IMG/VR virus record: IMGVR_UViG_3300037419_000652
Coordinates: 1 to 42,357 of that record
From: a virus
Lineage: Duplodnaviria > Caudoviricetes
Length of the DNA stretch: 42,357 nt
Strand: one strand, 5' to 3'
Position 1 is the stretch's first letter. The number at the start of each line of letters is the position of its first letter. Below the pieces are notes generated by a model. That model ran no database searches. It was not told the origin of the DNA and saw only the letters and a list, made by a program, of their open reading frames with translations. The translations under genes and the position numbers were made by a program. This document shows, piece after piece, positions 16,272-24,784 of this stretch.

Positions 16272-16790
16272 TCAGCAGGAAGCGTACAGCCCGTAGCTAT
16301 ACGCTACCGGATAGCCTGTATAGCCAGGCGTGATGATGTTGACCGCTCCTGCTGAGTGAAAGTAGGTGTTGCATGGGATGCTGACCCATGGACCGTAGTA
16401 GTACTGCCAGCTTGACGTTGAATTCAGGTGTGTGAAATTCGACGCGGCAGACCCGCCAATGTAGTCATTCCCTGGCAGGTACAGCAGTTCCGTGAACCGT
16501 TCATCAATGGTCAGCGACGGGAAACCTGTGTTGGTTTTCCACGCCAACACGCCGCGATATTCGAAACAGCTTGTACTATCGGAATTCTTCAACTCCTGTA
16601 CGCCTGCCTGTGTCGAAACACCGAACGTGTTATTTGCTGTACCCCATGTGCGCGTCGCAACGGCGCTACAGACGGATTCTGTACCGTTCGGCTGGGTCGG
16701 TTTAGGTGCTGCGCTAGCGCTTCCGGCGACCGCAATAGCTAGAGACATTGCAAGGCAAGCCGCAACCATTGCGGCGCGAAGCTGTTTCAT
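16272..16790 (-). CDS. Secreted protein with signal peptide (moron)
   Basis: MKQLRAAMVAACLAMSLAIAVAGSASAA signal peptide; four Cys in the mature part; visibly more AT-rich. Confidence 0.75.
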   Translation of the reverse strand: MKQLRAAMVAACLAMSLAIAVAGSASAAPKPTQPNGTESVCSAVATRTWGTANNTFGVSTQAGVQELKNSDSTSCFEYRGVLAWKTNTGFPSLTIDERFTELLYLPGNDYIGGSAASNFTHLNSTSSWQYYYGPWVSIPCNTYFHSAGAVNIITPGYTGYPVAYSYGLYASC

Positions 16791-16806
16791 GCGTGTTCTT
16801 CTTTCG

Positions 16807-16835
16807 TTGTGTGATGCCAACGGAAGGCTTATACT
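16807..16835 (+). promoter_or_regulatory. Putative antisense promoter TTGTGT-N17-TATACT
   Basis: Directly precedes the structured element at 16840-16915. Confidence 0.45.
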
Positions 16836-16839
16836 TGCG

Positions 16840-16915
16840 CCAGCCGGTCACGCGGTGATGCGTGTGGCTGGTTAGGGCGCTTGTCGTGTTTCCACCACGG
16901 CAGGCGTCCGCTTCA
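16840..16915 (+). ncRNA. Putative cis-antisense RNA, motif copy A
   Basis: Hairpin, then GGTTAG, a 14-bp stem (3 G-U) with TTTCCAC loop, and GCT; motif repeated at 18553-18594. Confidence 0.5.
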
Positions 16916-16970
16916 TCTCTCGCTATTTCACCTCGCTTCCCTATGAATCAGCGCCGCCAATTGGCGCGAA

Positions 16971-17954
16971 TTATGCTTCTCGTAACGCCTGCTTCTGGCG
17001 CTCGCGCTCTTCGGCCATGATGACCGCGCGCCAGTGTGCGCCAGCCGTGCGCTTCATGCCCGGTACGGCGTCGGTTAACTGGTCTATGGTCATGCCCGGC
17101 TGCCACGCATCCCGCGCAGACTGTTCCCACGACAACGATCCACGCGGCGCGCGCTTTGACTTGCCTGTCCGCACTCGACGCTTCGCGCTTCCACCAACGG
17201 CGCTGATGTATCCGCCGTTGGGTCCACTCACAGCGGAGATATATGCGCCAGAATCGCCGTTCTCGTCTAGGCTGGCGTCGTCGTCCGTACGAGCGCTAAC
17301 TACAAGCGGAGTTGTCGAAGGCGTGGGCGCTCCCATCGCTGGAGGTGGCGCTTTCCCGCGCGCCTGTGCGGTCAACCGCTGGACGCCATGTAGTTGCAGC
17401 TCGCGCTTCTGCTGCTGGAGGGGAAGTAGCTCGATCTCTTCGCGCAACTTTTGCGCCTTACTCGCCGCGTCCGGTTTCTTTCCAGTAAAGCGCATCGCCG
17501 CGGATATAGCGATGAGCGCAAAGGCGAGAATCGAGCGGCTCATCGTCCACATGGCCGGGTCAATGCCAAGATCACGTAGTGAGTCCTGAATCGGGATGCC
17601 CTGCGCCTGATGATACGAGTATGCGTACCCGGCAATGATCACGACCGCGCCGAGCGCACAGACGAGCAGGATGTACAGGATCATCGGGAACCAGGCGCCG
17701 CGTTCGTACGCCAGCTTCGCCTTATGCACAGCGCCAGAAACATTCGCCTCGATGCCCATGGCCTGAGAGACTGCCCACGCGAACAAGAGCCACGGTACGG
17801 CCAGCGTCGCAGATCCATCGGTCAGCAGATCCACGACCGTGATTCCAGCGCCGAAGAGCAGCATCGGTGCGGACAGGACGACGATCAATTCCTCAAACCA
17901 GCGCCAGCACGCCGAGAGGAACGCGATACCGGGCAATCCGTCGTGATCGTTCAT
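16971..17954 (-). CDS. Multi-pass membrane protein with coiled-coil and C-terminal HTH-like domain (DUF2637/Spd-like architecture)
   Basis: About 4 TM segments, a low-complexity linker and 'GMTIDQLTDAVPGMKRTAG'. Confidence 0.6.
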   Translation of the reverse strand: MNDHDGLPGIAFLSACWRWFEELIVVLSAPMLLFGAGITVVDLLTDGSATLAVPWLLFAWAVSQAMGIEANVSGAVHKAKLAYERGAWFPMILYILLVCALGAVVIIAGYAYSYHQAQGIPIQDSLRDLGIDPAMWTMSRSILAFALIAISAAMRFTGKKPDAASKAQKLREEIELLPLQQQKRELQLHGVQRLTAQARGKAPPPAMGAPTPSTTPLVVSARTDDDASLDENGDSGAYISAVSGPNGGYISAVGGSAKRRVRTGKSKRAPRGSLSWEQSARDAWQPGMTIDQLTDAVPGMKRTAGAHWRAVIMAEERERQKQALREA

Positions 17955-18187
17955 GCTGCACTCTCTTTCAGCAGTTGGGCATGGTCACGTTGCCATTCCG
18001 CCGGCGTGAGCCAGAGATCGCGATCGGCGACGCGCCCGCTGATGTAGTAGTCGAAGTCACCGGATGCGATCTTGACGCGATAGATCCCGGTGACGATCTT
18101 GCAATAGATGGCCGCGAGTAAGGCGTCGCGTGCGCCACTAGACAGCTCTGGCACCTTCTCAGCCAGAGCAAGAAGTTCGGTGTTCAC
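17951..18187 (-). CDS. Hypothetical protein
   Basis: GTG start overlaps the upstream TGA; coupled to the downstream gene. Confidence 0.55.
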   Translation of the reverse strand: MNTELLALAEKVPELSSGARDALLAAIYCKIVTGIYRVKIASGDFDYYISGRVADRDLWLTPAEWQRDHAQLLKESAA

Positions 18188-18444
18188 GCTGCACTGTCGC
18201 TTTCCCAGCCGCGCAGCGCCTTGTTGGCGTAGTAGTACGCGGTCCACTCGGCGCAGGTGAGCCGGAACTCTTCCCACGGCTCCTTGAGGCGGTTCCTGCC
18301 GAAGTGGTTGAGTTCAATCGTGACCTGGCCGCTGATGTGCTGGGTATAGAGGCCGATCACGTCACCCTTTTCGATGGCGCGCTGCAATCCTCTGCGCGCC
18401 TCGGGATCAGGCATTTCAAGTGTGGGTATGCTTTTAACGTTCAT
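18184..18444 (-). CDS. Hypothetical protein, first gene of the leftward operon
   Basis: ORF with RBS AAAGG; leftward extended -10 TGcTATGCT at about 18616-18624. Confidence 0.6.
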   Translation of the reverse strand: MNVKSIPTLEMPDPEARRGLQRAIEKGDVIGLYTQHISGQVTIELNHFGRNRLKEPWEEFRLTCAEWTAYYYANKALRGWESDSAA

Positions 18445-18600
18445 AGAAAAACGCGCCTTTCATGGGTTGAAGGGCGCGCTACGTAGCGTCTTGGGTATTG
18501 CCAGCGGTGATAGACTGGCGGTTAGCCGCAGGCGTGTTCGTAGCGCGCTTGTGGTTAGGGCGGGTCGGTTGTTTCCGCAACCGGCTCGTCCGCTCAGGAC
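18439..18600 (+). ncRNA. Putative cis-antisense RNA, motif copy B (multi-branch)
   Basis: Closing stem 18488-18496/18592-18600 encloses three hairpins, with G-U pairs that form only on the + strand; -10 TATGCT at 18427-18432 inside the opposite gene. Confidence 0.5.
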
Positions 18601-18911
18601 TCAAAGGACATTGGCAGCATAGCATACCGAGCGATCACATAGCCAGAAGGTACCGAAGAATGTTACTCTTGTATACAGGTTTTTGTGAATTCTCTGCTCG
18701 CATGAGCAGGAAGAACGAGTTGCCACAAGGCCCTATTTTTCCCGAATGGCCGTGCAATTTTGTGATGGTCCCATATGAGAAAACTCACAGAATTCGCTCA
18801 ATGTTTGCACCCTCTCAATGGATACCCCATGCGGACTCGTACGTCATTACACAATACCAGCTCGATTGGCTGTGCAGCGAAATGTGAGTTCTATGAGAAG
18901 AGGAGAGAACA

Positions 18912-19886
18912 TTGTCGAGGAAGCGCGTTCCACCTCCTGTGACTGACACAAAATCGGATGCGTCAGTATCGCCAGTAAGTCCCGCAGTGGTGAATACCAT
19001 CCGCCAATTACTCATCGGATACCAACTGGATGGTACTTCACGAAACATGCGGCAACTTCATTTGAAGAAGCGCAATCGGGCATTGGTCGCTTTTATCGTG
19101 TGGCTGGAGGAGGAGGGGAGATTGACCACGATTGACGCTATTGCTGGACAGGACGTGTCGGCCTATCTTGCCTTCCGGCGCGAGAACGGCTTAAAGCCGT
19201 CATCGGTCAAGAGCGCTTTCAGTATCCTCAGCGCGTGGTTCAACTGGCTTGAACGCGAGGGCGAGATTCCAAAGTCGCCGATGGCGAACATGAAGCCGCC
19301 GAAGGTGGCGGAGTCGCCGCCCGCAATCTTGCCAGACGATGCGGTGAAGGCATGGCTGGATGCGTGCGAGGGCAACACGTTTCGTGACCGTCGCGACAAC
19401 GCGATCCTGCGGATGCTGCTTGATACTGGCCTGCGCGCGTCGGAGTTGCTGGCGATTCAGATGGAGCATATTGACTGGCAGCGGCGCACCATCCGCATAC
19501 CGGACGGCAAGGGTGGCTATCGGCGTGAGGTGCGTTTCGGCAAGGTGACAGCGGCGGCGCTAAATCGCTACATGCGCTCGCGCAGTCAGCAAAAGCATAC
19601 AGATGAACCGTGGCTGTGGATCACACAGCGCGGGCATATGTGCTACATGACGCTCTATCGCATCGTCGTGGCGCGCGGTGAACAGGCCGGCTTGGGGCAT
19701 ACGTGGCCGCATCTGATGCGGCATGAGTTCGCGCATCTGTGGCTGCGTGACGGCGGGCAGGAACGGTCGCTGATGAAGCTCGCAGGCTGGCATTCGAGCG
19801 CAATGCTGGCGCGCTATGGGGCATCGGCGGCGCAGCAACGGGCGCTAGCGGATCACGACACTTTCGCGCCAGGGGATAAGTTCTGA
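18912..19886 (+). CDS. int: Tyrosine recombinase / integrase
   Basis: N-terminal SAM-like domain; catalytic R (TGLRASE), K (GKGG), HxxR (HLMRH), W (AGW), Y (ARYG); TTG start with RBS GAGGAG. Confidence 0.92.
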   Translation: MSRKRVPPPVTDTKSDASVSPVSPAVVNTIRQLLIGYQLDGTSRNMRQLHLKKRNRALVAFIVWLEEEGRLTTIDAIAGQDVSAYLAFRRENGLKPSSVKSAFSILSAWFNWLEREGEIPKSPMANMKPPKVAESPPAILPDDAVKAWLDACEGNTFRDRRDNAILRMLLDTGLRASELLAIQMEHIDWQRRTIRIPDGKGGYRREVRFGKVTAAALNRYMRSRSQQKHTDEPWLWITQRGHMCYMTLYRIVVARGEQAGLGHTWPHLMRHEFAHLWLRDGGQERSLMKLAGWHSSAMLARYGASAAQQRALADHDTFAPGDKF

Positions 19887-19991
19887 GTGGAATAGCAGGG
19901 AGGTGGTAGGCATGTGCGACAGACTCTGATAGACTGGCGACGCCGCCCTGCCTGCTGACACCAGACAGGATACGGCGCTGGCCCGGTGCGT

Positions 19992-20243
19992 CTAAGCAGC
20001 CACCGGGTCAGCTTTTGGGTCATTGGCGACAGGTTCACCATTGCGTAGCGCGTCCAGATCAGACTTGCGCAGGAAGATGCGCTTCCCTTCTAGCGGGAGC
20101 TTGTATGTCGGCAGGTTGTAGCGCCTGATGTAATTGAACATCGCCGCGCGCTTGCGACCGAGATACGCCGCCGCTCCCTGAATCGAGAAGTACGTCTCGC
20201 CGCCGATCTGGATTATGTCCTTCTTTTCTGGCTCCTCTGGCAT
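19992..20243 (-). CDS. Excisionase-like / HTH_17 (MerR-superfamily) DNA-binding protein
   Basis: 'YFSIQGAAAYLG...YIRRYNLPTYK...IFLRKSDLDAL'; RBS GGAGG. Confidence 0.8.
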   Translation of the reverse strand: MPEEPEKKDIIQIGGETYFSIQGAAAYLGRKRAAMFNYIRRYNLPTYKLPLEGKRIFLRKSDLDALRNGEPVANDPKADPVAA

Positions 20244-20265
20244 AGCCACCTCCTATCTGCTACGG

Positions 20266-20294
20266 ATTGTACACTAATCCGGCTCATTCGTCAA
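20266..20294 (-). promoter_or_regulatory. Leftward promoter TTGACG-N17-TACAAT
   Basis: Near consensus; positioned to drive the HTH gene. Confidence 0.75.
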
Positions 20295-20295
20295 G

Positions 20296-20340
20296 AATAG
20301 TCTACGTAAGGTCTTGACAATGTAACCGCAATAGTCTACG
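20296..20340. repeat. Direct repeat AATAGTCTACG x2 (candidate operators)
   Basis: Exact copies at 20296-20306 and 20330-20340 within the divergent promoter region. Confidence 0.65.
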
Positions 20341-20342
20341 AT
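20314..20342 (+). promoter_or_regulatory. Rightward early promoter TTGACA-N17-TACGAT
   Basis: Near consensus; positioned to drive the early operon. Confidence 0.75.
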
Positions 20343-20389
20343 ACGTATAGATAAGTGATACGATTAGTCAGCAGCAAGGAGCGGGAACG

Positions 20390-20701
20390 GTGAACGAGTA
20401 CGAACGCAAGAGTCTGGAGCTGGCGACACGGAACGGGCTGACGTGGGCATGGGCGCGCTTCTACACCAGCGCCTACGGCGGAAAGGAGTTGTGGAAGGTT
20501 CAGAGCAAGACGGATTCCACGGTCAAGTACACGGTGGAGTCGAAGGCCGGGCATGCAACCGCGTGTTCCTGCCCGGCTGGAACGTGGGGCAAGCCCTGCT
20601 GCCATGCGGGCGCGGTGGTCATGAAGCTGGCGTGGCGTGAGCAACAGATCGCCGCTGAGCGTGGCGAGAGCGCGACAGACGAGCCGCAGACGGCGGCGTG
20701 A
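20390..20701 (+). CDS. SWIM zinc-finger protein
   Basis: 'YTV...CSCPAGTWGKPCCH' SWIM signature; GTG start with RBS AAGGAG. Confidence 0.8.
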   Translation: MNEYERKSLELATRNGLTWAWARFYTSAYGGKELWKVQSKTDSTVKYTVESKAGHATACSCPAGTWGKPCCHAGAVVMKLAWREQQIAAERGESATDEPQTAA

Positions 20702-20711
20702 GGAGAAAGCA

Positions 20712-20942
20712 GTGAGCTTCATCAATCCGCGAACCAACAAGCCTTACCCGGTGCCCACGCGAGCGGCAATGGAGCGTGCCAAGGCGCATAAGGCTATGGC
20801 CGCGCACCTTTTCAGGATGAAAGAGCAAGCGTCAGGCAGTCCAGCGGCTTATCTCAGCGTCATCCGGGGCGAGTGCATGCGGCAGGACATGATGGTGCGC
20901 CGGTTCCGTGAGCACTACGGACCGAACGCGGTCGGCATCTGA
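20712..20942 (+). CDS. Hypothetical protein
   Basis: GTG at 20712 after RBS AGGAG. Confidence 0.55.
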   Translation: MSFINPRTNKPYPVPTRAAMERAKAHKAMAAHLFRMKEQASGSPAAYLSVIRGECMRQDMMVRRFREHYGPNAVGI

Positions 20943-21091
20943 TAGGAGCCAGCCATGCGGTGCTGTCTTTGCCGCAGAGAATGCGACGAGCCACTCTGCG
21001 GCAGATGCTACGCGAAGGCTCGAAGACGAATCCCGCGTTGGCGAAGAGCTGCTGGCCGCTGGCGTCGGCGAGTGAGAAAGGTTCGGAAGGC

Positions 21092-21409
21092 ATGAGTGCC
21101 AGTTATTACGTCGGCGACCATATTCACTGGAGCCTGCCCAATGGCAACGAGGGTGAGGGCGAGATCGTGAGAATCGAAGAGACGCCGGACGGAACCGAGT
21201 TCTTCACGATCAAGATGTGGCTGGACGACTACGAGGAGCCGCAATATGAGACGGTCAGGGATGACAACGTTGATGGGTTGGCATCGGGCTATGATCGCGC
21301 ACCGATTGCAGATAAGCACAACCCAAGCGGGCGCTGCATTGGCTGCAAGACGACACTGGGAGACGAAGACGACTTCTATCTGTGCCGCGTGTGCAAATAC
21401 ACGCTGTAG
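21092..21409 (+). CDS. Hypothetical protein (acidic beta domain plus Zn finger)
   Basis: ATG 21092; CIGC...CRVC. Confidence 0.6.
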   Translation: MSASYYVGDHIHWSLPNGNEGEGEIVRIEETPDGTEFFTIKMWLDDYEEPQYETVRDDNVDGLASGYDRAPIADKHNPSGRCIGCKTTLGDEDDFYLCRVCKYTL

Positions 21410-21429
21410 GCGCTAGAAAGCAGCGAATA

Positions 21430-21693
21430 ATGAGCAACGACGAATATCGGCATCACTTCAGCCCGCCAGCGCAGACGGACGCGCAGGCAGCCAACAGTGC
21501 CACGCCTGACACGGACCCGCAACCCTACGGCGATGACCCTGAACACATGGCCTATGTGCTTGCCACGGACCCCTACGGATGGAGCGAGCTGACCGGCATC
21601 TGTTTCGCTTGCGGCGCTGAGATCGGCGAGCGGCACAGTTGCGAGGGACTACGCGCCTATCTGGACGAGCGCCAGGAGGATCAGCCGCTATGA
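21430..21693 (+). CDS. Hypothetical protein (CxxC...HxC)
   Basis: ATG 21430; coupled to the next ORF. Confidence 0.55.
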   Translation: MSNDEYRHHFSPPAQTDAQAANSATPDTDPQPYGDDPEHMAYVLATDPYGWSELTGICFACGAEIGERHSCEGLRAYLDERQEDQPL

Positions 21694-21839
21694 CTCAGCT
21701 ACAAATTGCGTGGGCGGCTGTCATCGTGATAACCGCTATCGGCCTTTTCTGCCTGTGGTCCTGCGTTCAGGACGTGCGACGCTGGAGATCACGCCGCAAG
21801 CAACTCGCGCTCTGGCGCAAGCATGGGTGGCTCCGATGA
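21690..21839 (+). CDS. Small membrane protein
   Basis: RBS AGGAGG; one TM segment and a basic tail. Confidence 0.55.
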   Translation: MTQLQIAWAAVIVITAIGLFCLWSCVQDVRRWRSRRKQLALWRKHGWLR

Positions 21840-22078
21840 ACGAGCAAGAGCTACGCGAGATCGCCAAGGCCACACTGGCCGGGCTTGACCGGCTACAGAT
21901 CAGAGGCGACCTGTCAGAAAGCGAGGTACGACAGACCTACGATGCGCTGACCCGCACGCGCGCCTACTGGCATCAACTGGCCTATCCAGAGCAGTATAAG
22001 CGCCCGTCATGGTTCGCCAAAGTGCGACGCTGGCTGATGGCCGGATGGATGGATTGGAGGCGTTACCCGTTTAATTAG
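21836..22078 (+). CDS. Hypothetical protein
   Basis: ATGA overlap with the previous gene. Confidence 0.55.
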   Translation: MNEQELREIAKATLAGLDRLQIRGDLSESEVRQTYDALTRTRAYWHQLAYPEQYKRPSWFAKVRRWLMAGWMDWRRYPFN

Positions 22079-22180
22079 CCAAAAGTACCACAAATCAAAC
22101 CAAGAATCAGAAGCATGGCTTGACAGGCAAACCGCTGATCTACGACAATCAGCAAGCAAGGCAAAGGTGGAAGAGACGAG

Positions 22181-22555
22181 ATGGATGCAGAGCAACGCCG
22201 CCTCATCGGCCAGTTGGGCGCAGCGTCCAATTTGGCGAAATATGGCGAGCACGCTGTGGGCATGCGGCTGCGCCAGGCGTACGAACGCGCATTTCCCACC
22301 GAATGGGAACGCAAAGCGCAGATGGCGCGCATGCGGCTGGCGCAAAAATGTGTGAGCAAAGCCAAAACGGCCAAGGCGGGCAAACCGCGTGAGTGGAATG
22401 GGCGCACAGAGGTAGAGGTCAATCGGGCGATACGCGAGATCGCGCGACCGCCGATGGCGTGCCCGTACTGCTACGCGGAGCTAGGCGAGACGTTTCCCAA
22501 GCGCGCGACTGGTCGCATCTGCAAGCGCCATGAAGCGCAGTTGAGTGCGGCGTAG
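22181..22555 (+). CDS. Basic hypothetical protein with C-terminal Zn finger
   Basis: CPYC...CKRH. Confidence 0.6.
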   Translation: MDAEQRRLIGQLGAASNLAKYGEHAVGMRLRQAYERAFPTEWERKAQMARMRLAQKCVSKAKTAKAGKPREWNGRTEVEVNRAIREIARPPMACPYCYAELGETFPKRATGRICKRHEAQLSAA

Positions 22556-22569
22556 AAAGAAGCAACTCG

Positions 22570-22827
22570 ATGTCCACACAGGCGAACACCGTAGCGCGTA
22601 CCGCCCGAACTGCCAAAGAGCGAGAAGACGTGCTATTTGCCCTCGGAGTGACGCAAGGCGATCTCGCCAAGGCCATTCAACATATCAGCGTCCTAGCTGA
22701 CAGCGCCCACCCGCTGATCGCGCATATCTGGCGCGACCTGGAGCGTGCGCAAGCCTACATCACCCGCGCTCAGAGCGATGTGCGAGTGGAGCCATACATC
22801 CCGGATACCCTGGACGACGCCGCATAG
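22570..22827 (+). CDS. Hypothetical protein
   Basis: ORF in operon orientation. Confidence 0.6.
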   Translation: MSTQANTVARTARTAKEREDVLFALGVTQGDLAKAIQHISVLADSAHPLIAHIWRDLERAQAYITRAQSDVRVEPYIPDTLDDAA

Positions 22828-22979
22828 AGAACGAGCGCATTCCGGTGCCAGCCGAAACGCGCTCAGGACGACATCCACGAACGATAGACAACAGAACCAC
22901 GAACCGCTACGAACGCAGCCCATGCGCCATTGTACTACGCTGGCGCGCGGGCTGCCTACCCACACAAAAGGCAGACCCG

Positions 22980-23423
22980 ATGCTGAATGATCGCGACGCT
23001 GAATGGCTCGCCCGCTTCTGGGGACAGCCGAACAACGTCCAACCGAAACTGCCACCATCCGAACCGCTCACCCCTGAGCCGCCAGTGGCGGAATATCCGA
23101 TCCGCAAATGCCACTACTGCGACGCGCTGACGAGCCGCGAAGCCTGTTCCCGCTGTCGCGCGCTGAAGCTGGCCATTCCCTTTGGCGTTTTGCGTGAACA
23201 AGTCCAACGCGGCCAGCGCACGGACTGGCCCGACGAGCAATGGACGCACGCCGAACTGCAAACAAACTGGCAGTGCGCCGCGCCAACCGAACAAGCCGCA
23301 TGGCGGGTATTTCGCGCGTTGATTGAACGCGCCAAGTTACGCGGCTTCAACGGCTACCGGCACCTGATCCGCCAATGGTTCTTTCACCCTGAGTATTTCA
23401 CCGACGAAGGGAAGGCAGCGTAG
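22980..23423 (+). CDS. Hypothetical Zn-finger protein
   Basis: ATG 22980 with RBS AAAGG; CHYC...CSRC. Confidence 0.55.
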   Translation: MLNDRDAEWLARFWGQPNNVQPKLPPSEPLTPEPPVAEYPIRKCHYCDALTSREACSRCRALKLAIPFGVLREQVQRGQRTDWPDEQWTHAELQTNWQCAAPTEQAAWRVFRALIERAKLRGFNGYRHLIRQWFFHPEYFTDEGKAA

Positions 23424-24575
23424 ATGAGCACTGCGATCGCACGCTACGACGACACAGCATGGCAGCAGAAGCTGGAGGCGTTCCGCGCCGCCTACGCCAG
23501 CAACCTCACGAACGCGGAACTGGCGATCTTCGGCGACGCCTGCCGCCGCCTTGGGCTTGATCCTGCTGCAAAGCAGATCTACGTGTTCAAGGACAGCAAG
23601 GGCAAAGTCACGACGATGGTAGCGATTGATGGCTACCGCAGCGTTGCTGAGAACACCCACCAGTACGACGGCCAGGTCGGGCCATTCTGGTGCGGCGCTG
23701 ACGGTGTGTGGAAAGACGTCTGGCTCTCAGACACGCCGCCAGTCGCTGCCAAGGTGGGCATCCGGCGCCGCGACTTCTCAGAGATCATGTGGGGCGTCGC
23801 GCGCTTCAAGGCATTCGTGCGTGACACCGACACCTGGCGCAAGATGCCGGAAGTGATGCTGGCGATTCGCGCTGAGATGCAGGCGCTGCGCAAGACGTTC
23901 CCGAACCAGCTCGGCGGGACGTACACGCCGGGCGAGATCGACGACAGCGATCAGCAGAACTACGTCGAGGCGACGGTCGAGGAAGCGCCACGCGCCAGCG
24001 AGGAACCGCGCCAGCTAACAAATGGAATCCACGATCGCGATCGCTCAGCTAACAACGCATCGCCGGCGGATGATCTGAGCATCGGCGAGTTCGTACGCGG
24101 CGGCGCGCAACTCGGCATGAACAGCAAGCAGATGGCCGAGCGGCTGGGCATCCCGCAGCAAGACTTCCATAAGATCAACCGGCGTGCAGCGCTGGAGAAG
24201 CTCGCTGGCGTCGTGCCTGAGAGGGCTGACAAAAGCGACGAAGCGCAAGACGACAATGATCATCTGCCGGACGAGGCCGATACGCTGGAGTTCGTACTAG
24301 AAGACCACAGCCAGGACGCCAAGGACGCGGACGTTGCGCAGGATGCGCCAGTGGAGGAAGAGAAGCCGTTCAACCATCTCGGCGATCTGGTGTTCCGCAA
24401 GCTGTGCAGCGCGGCGGGGCTGAAGACGGTCGGCGCGGTTGAAGACTTTCTTTCCGCGACGCTGGGCGAGCCGCCATACGACCGTGAGCAAGCCATAGCG
24501 AAGGTGAAGCGCGCCAAGGAATCCGCCGAGCGCACGCCGGACCTGAAGACACTACCGGCGAAGGCGGTGCATTGA
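23424..24575 (+). CDS. RecT/Bet-family single-strand annealing protein
   Basis: 'LGLDPAAKQIY', 'IDGYR', 'W.KMPEVML', 'ALRKTFP..LGGTYT..E'. Confidence 0.9.
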   Translation: MSTAIARYDDTAWQQKLEAFRAAYASNLTNAELAIFGDACRRLGLDPAAKQIYVFKDSKGKVTTMVAIDGYRSVAENTHQYDGQVGPFWCGADGVWKDVWLSDTPPVAAKVGIRRRDFSEIMWGVARFKAFVRDTDTWRKMPEVMLAIRAEMQALRKTFPNQLGGTYTPGEIDDSDQQNYVEATVEEAPRASEEPRQLTNGIHDRDRSANNASPADDLSIGEFVRGGAQLGMNSKQMAERLGIPQQDFHKINRRAALEKLAGVVPERADKSDEAQDDNDHLPDEADTLEFVLEDHSQDAKDADVAQDAPVEEEKPFNHLGDLVFRKLCSAAGLKTVGAVEDFLSATLGEPPYDREQAIAKVKRAKESAERTPDLKTLPAKAVH

Positions 24576-24784
24576 TGTTCGAATGGCGCAGACAAGGCAG
24601 CCTCTTCGAGGAAGTTACCGCGCGAGGCGACAACCATTGGTTCAATCTCGCAACCAAATTCCGAACGATTGCGCTCACTGCGTCGGAGATGGACGCGCTT
24701 AGCGAGGCGTGGCGGCTCTGGCGTGAACAACAGGTCAAGATAGTAAGCGCAATTCCGGCGCAGGAGGGAGACGCCAATGGCTAA
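24575..24784 (+). CDS. Hypothetical protein
   Basis: TGATG overlap with the RecT gene. Confidence 0.5.
   Translation: MFEWRRQGSLFEEVTARGDNHWFNLATKFRTIALTASEMDALSEAWRLWREQQVKIVSAIPAQEGDANG

Noticed and set aside
16826-16851. Fourth ECF-type promoter (GTGAC on the minus strand)
   Set aside because: No CGT element at the 17-nt spacing
18498-18887. 129-aa ORF upstream of the integrase
   Set aside because: TTG start with no clear RBS; overlaps structured RNA and an AT-rich regulatory region; no recognisable motifs
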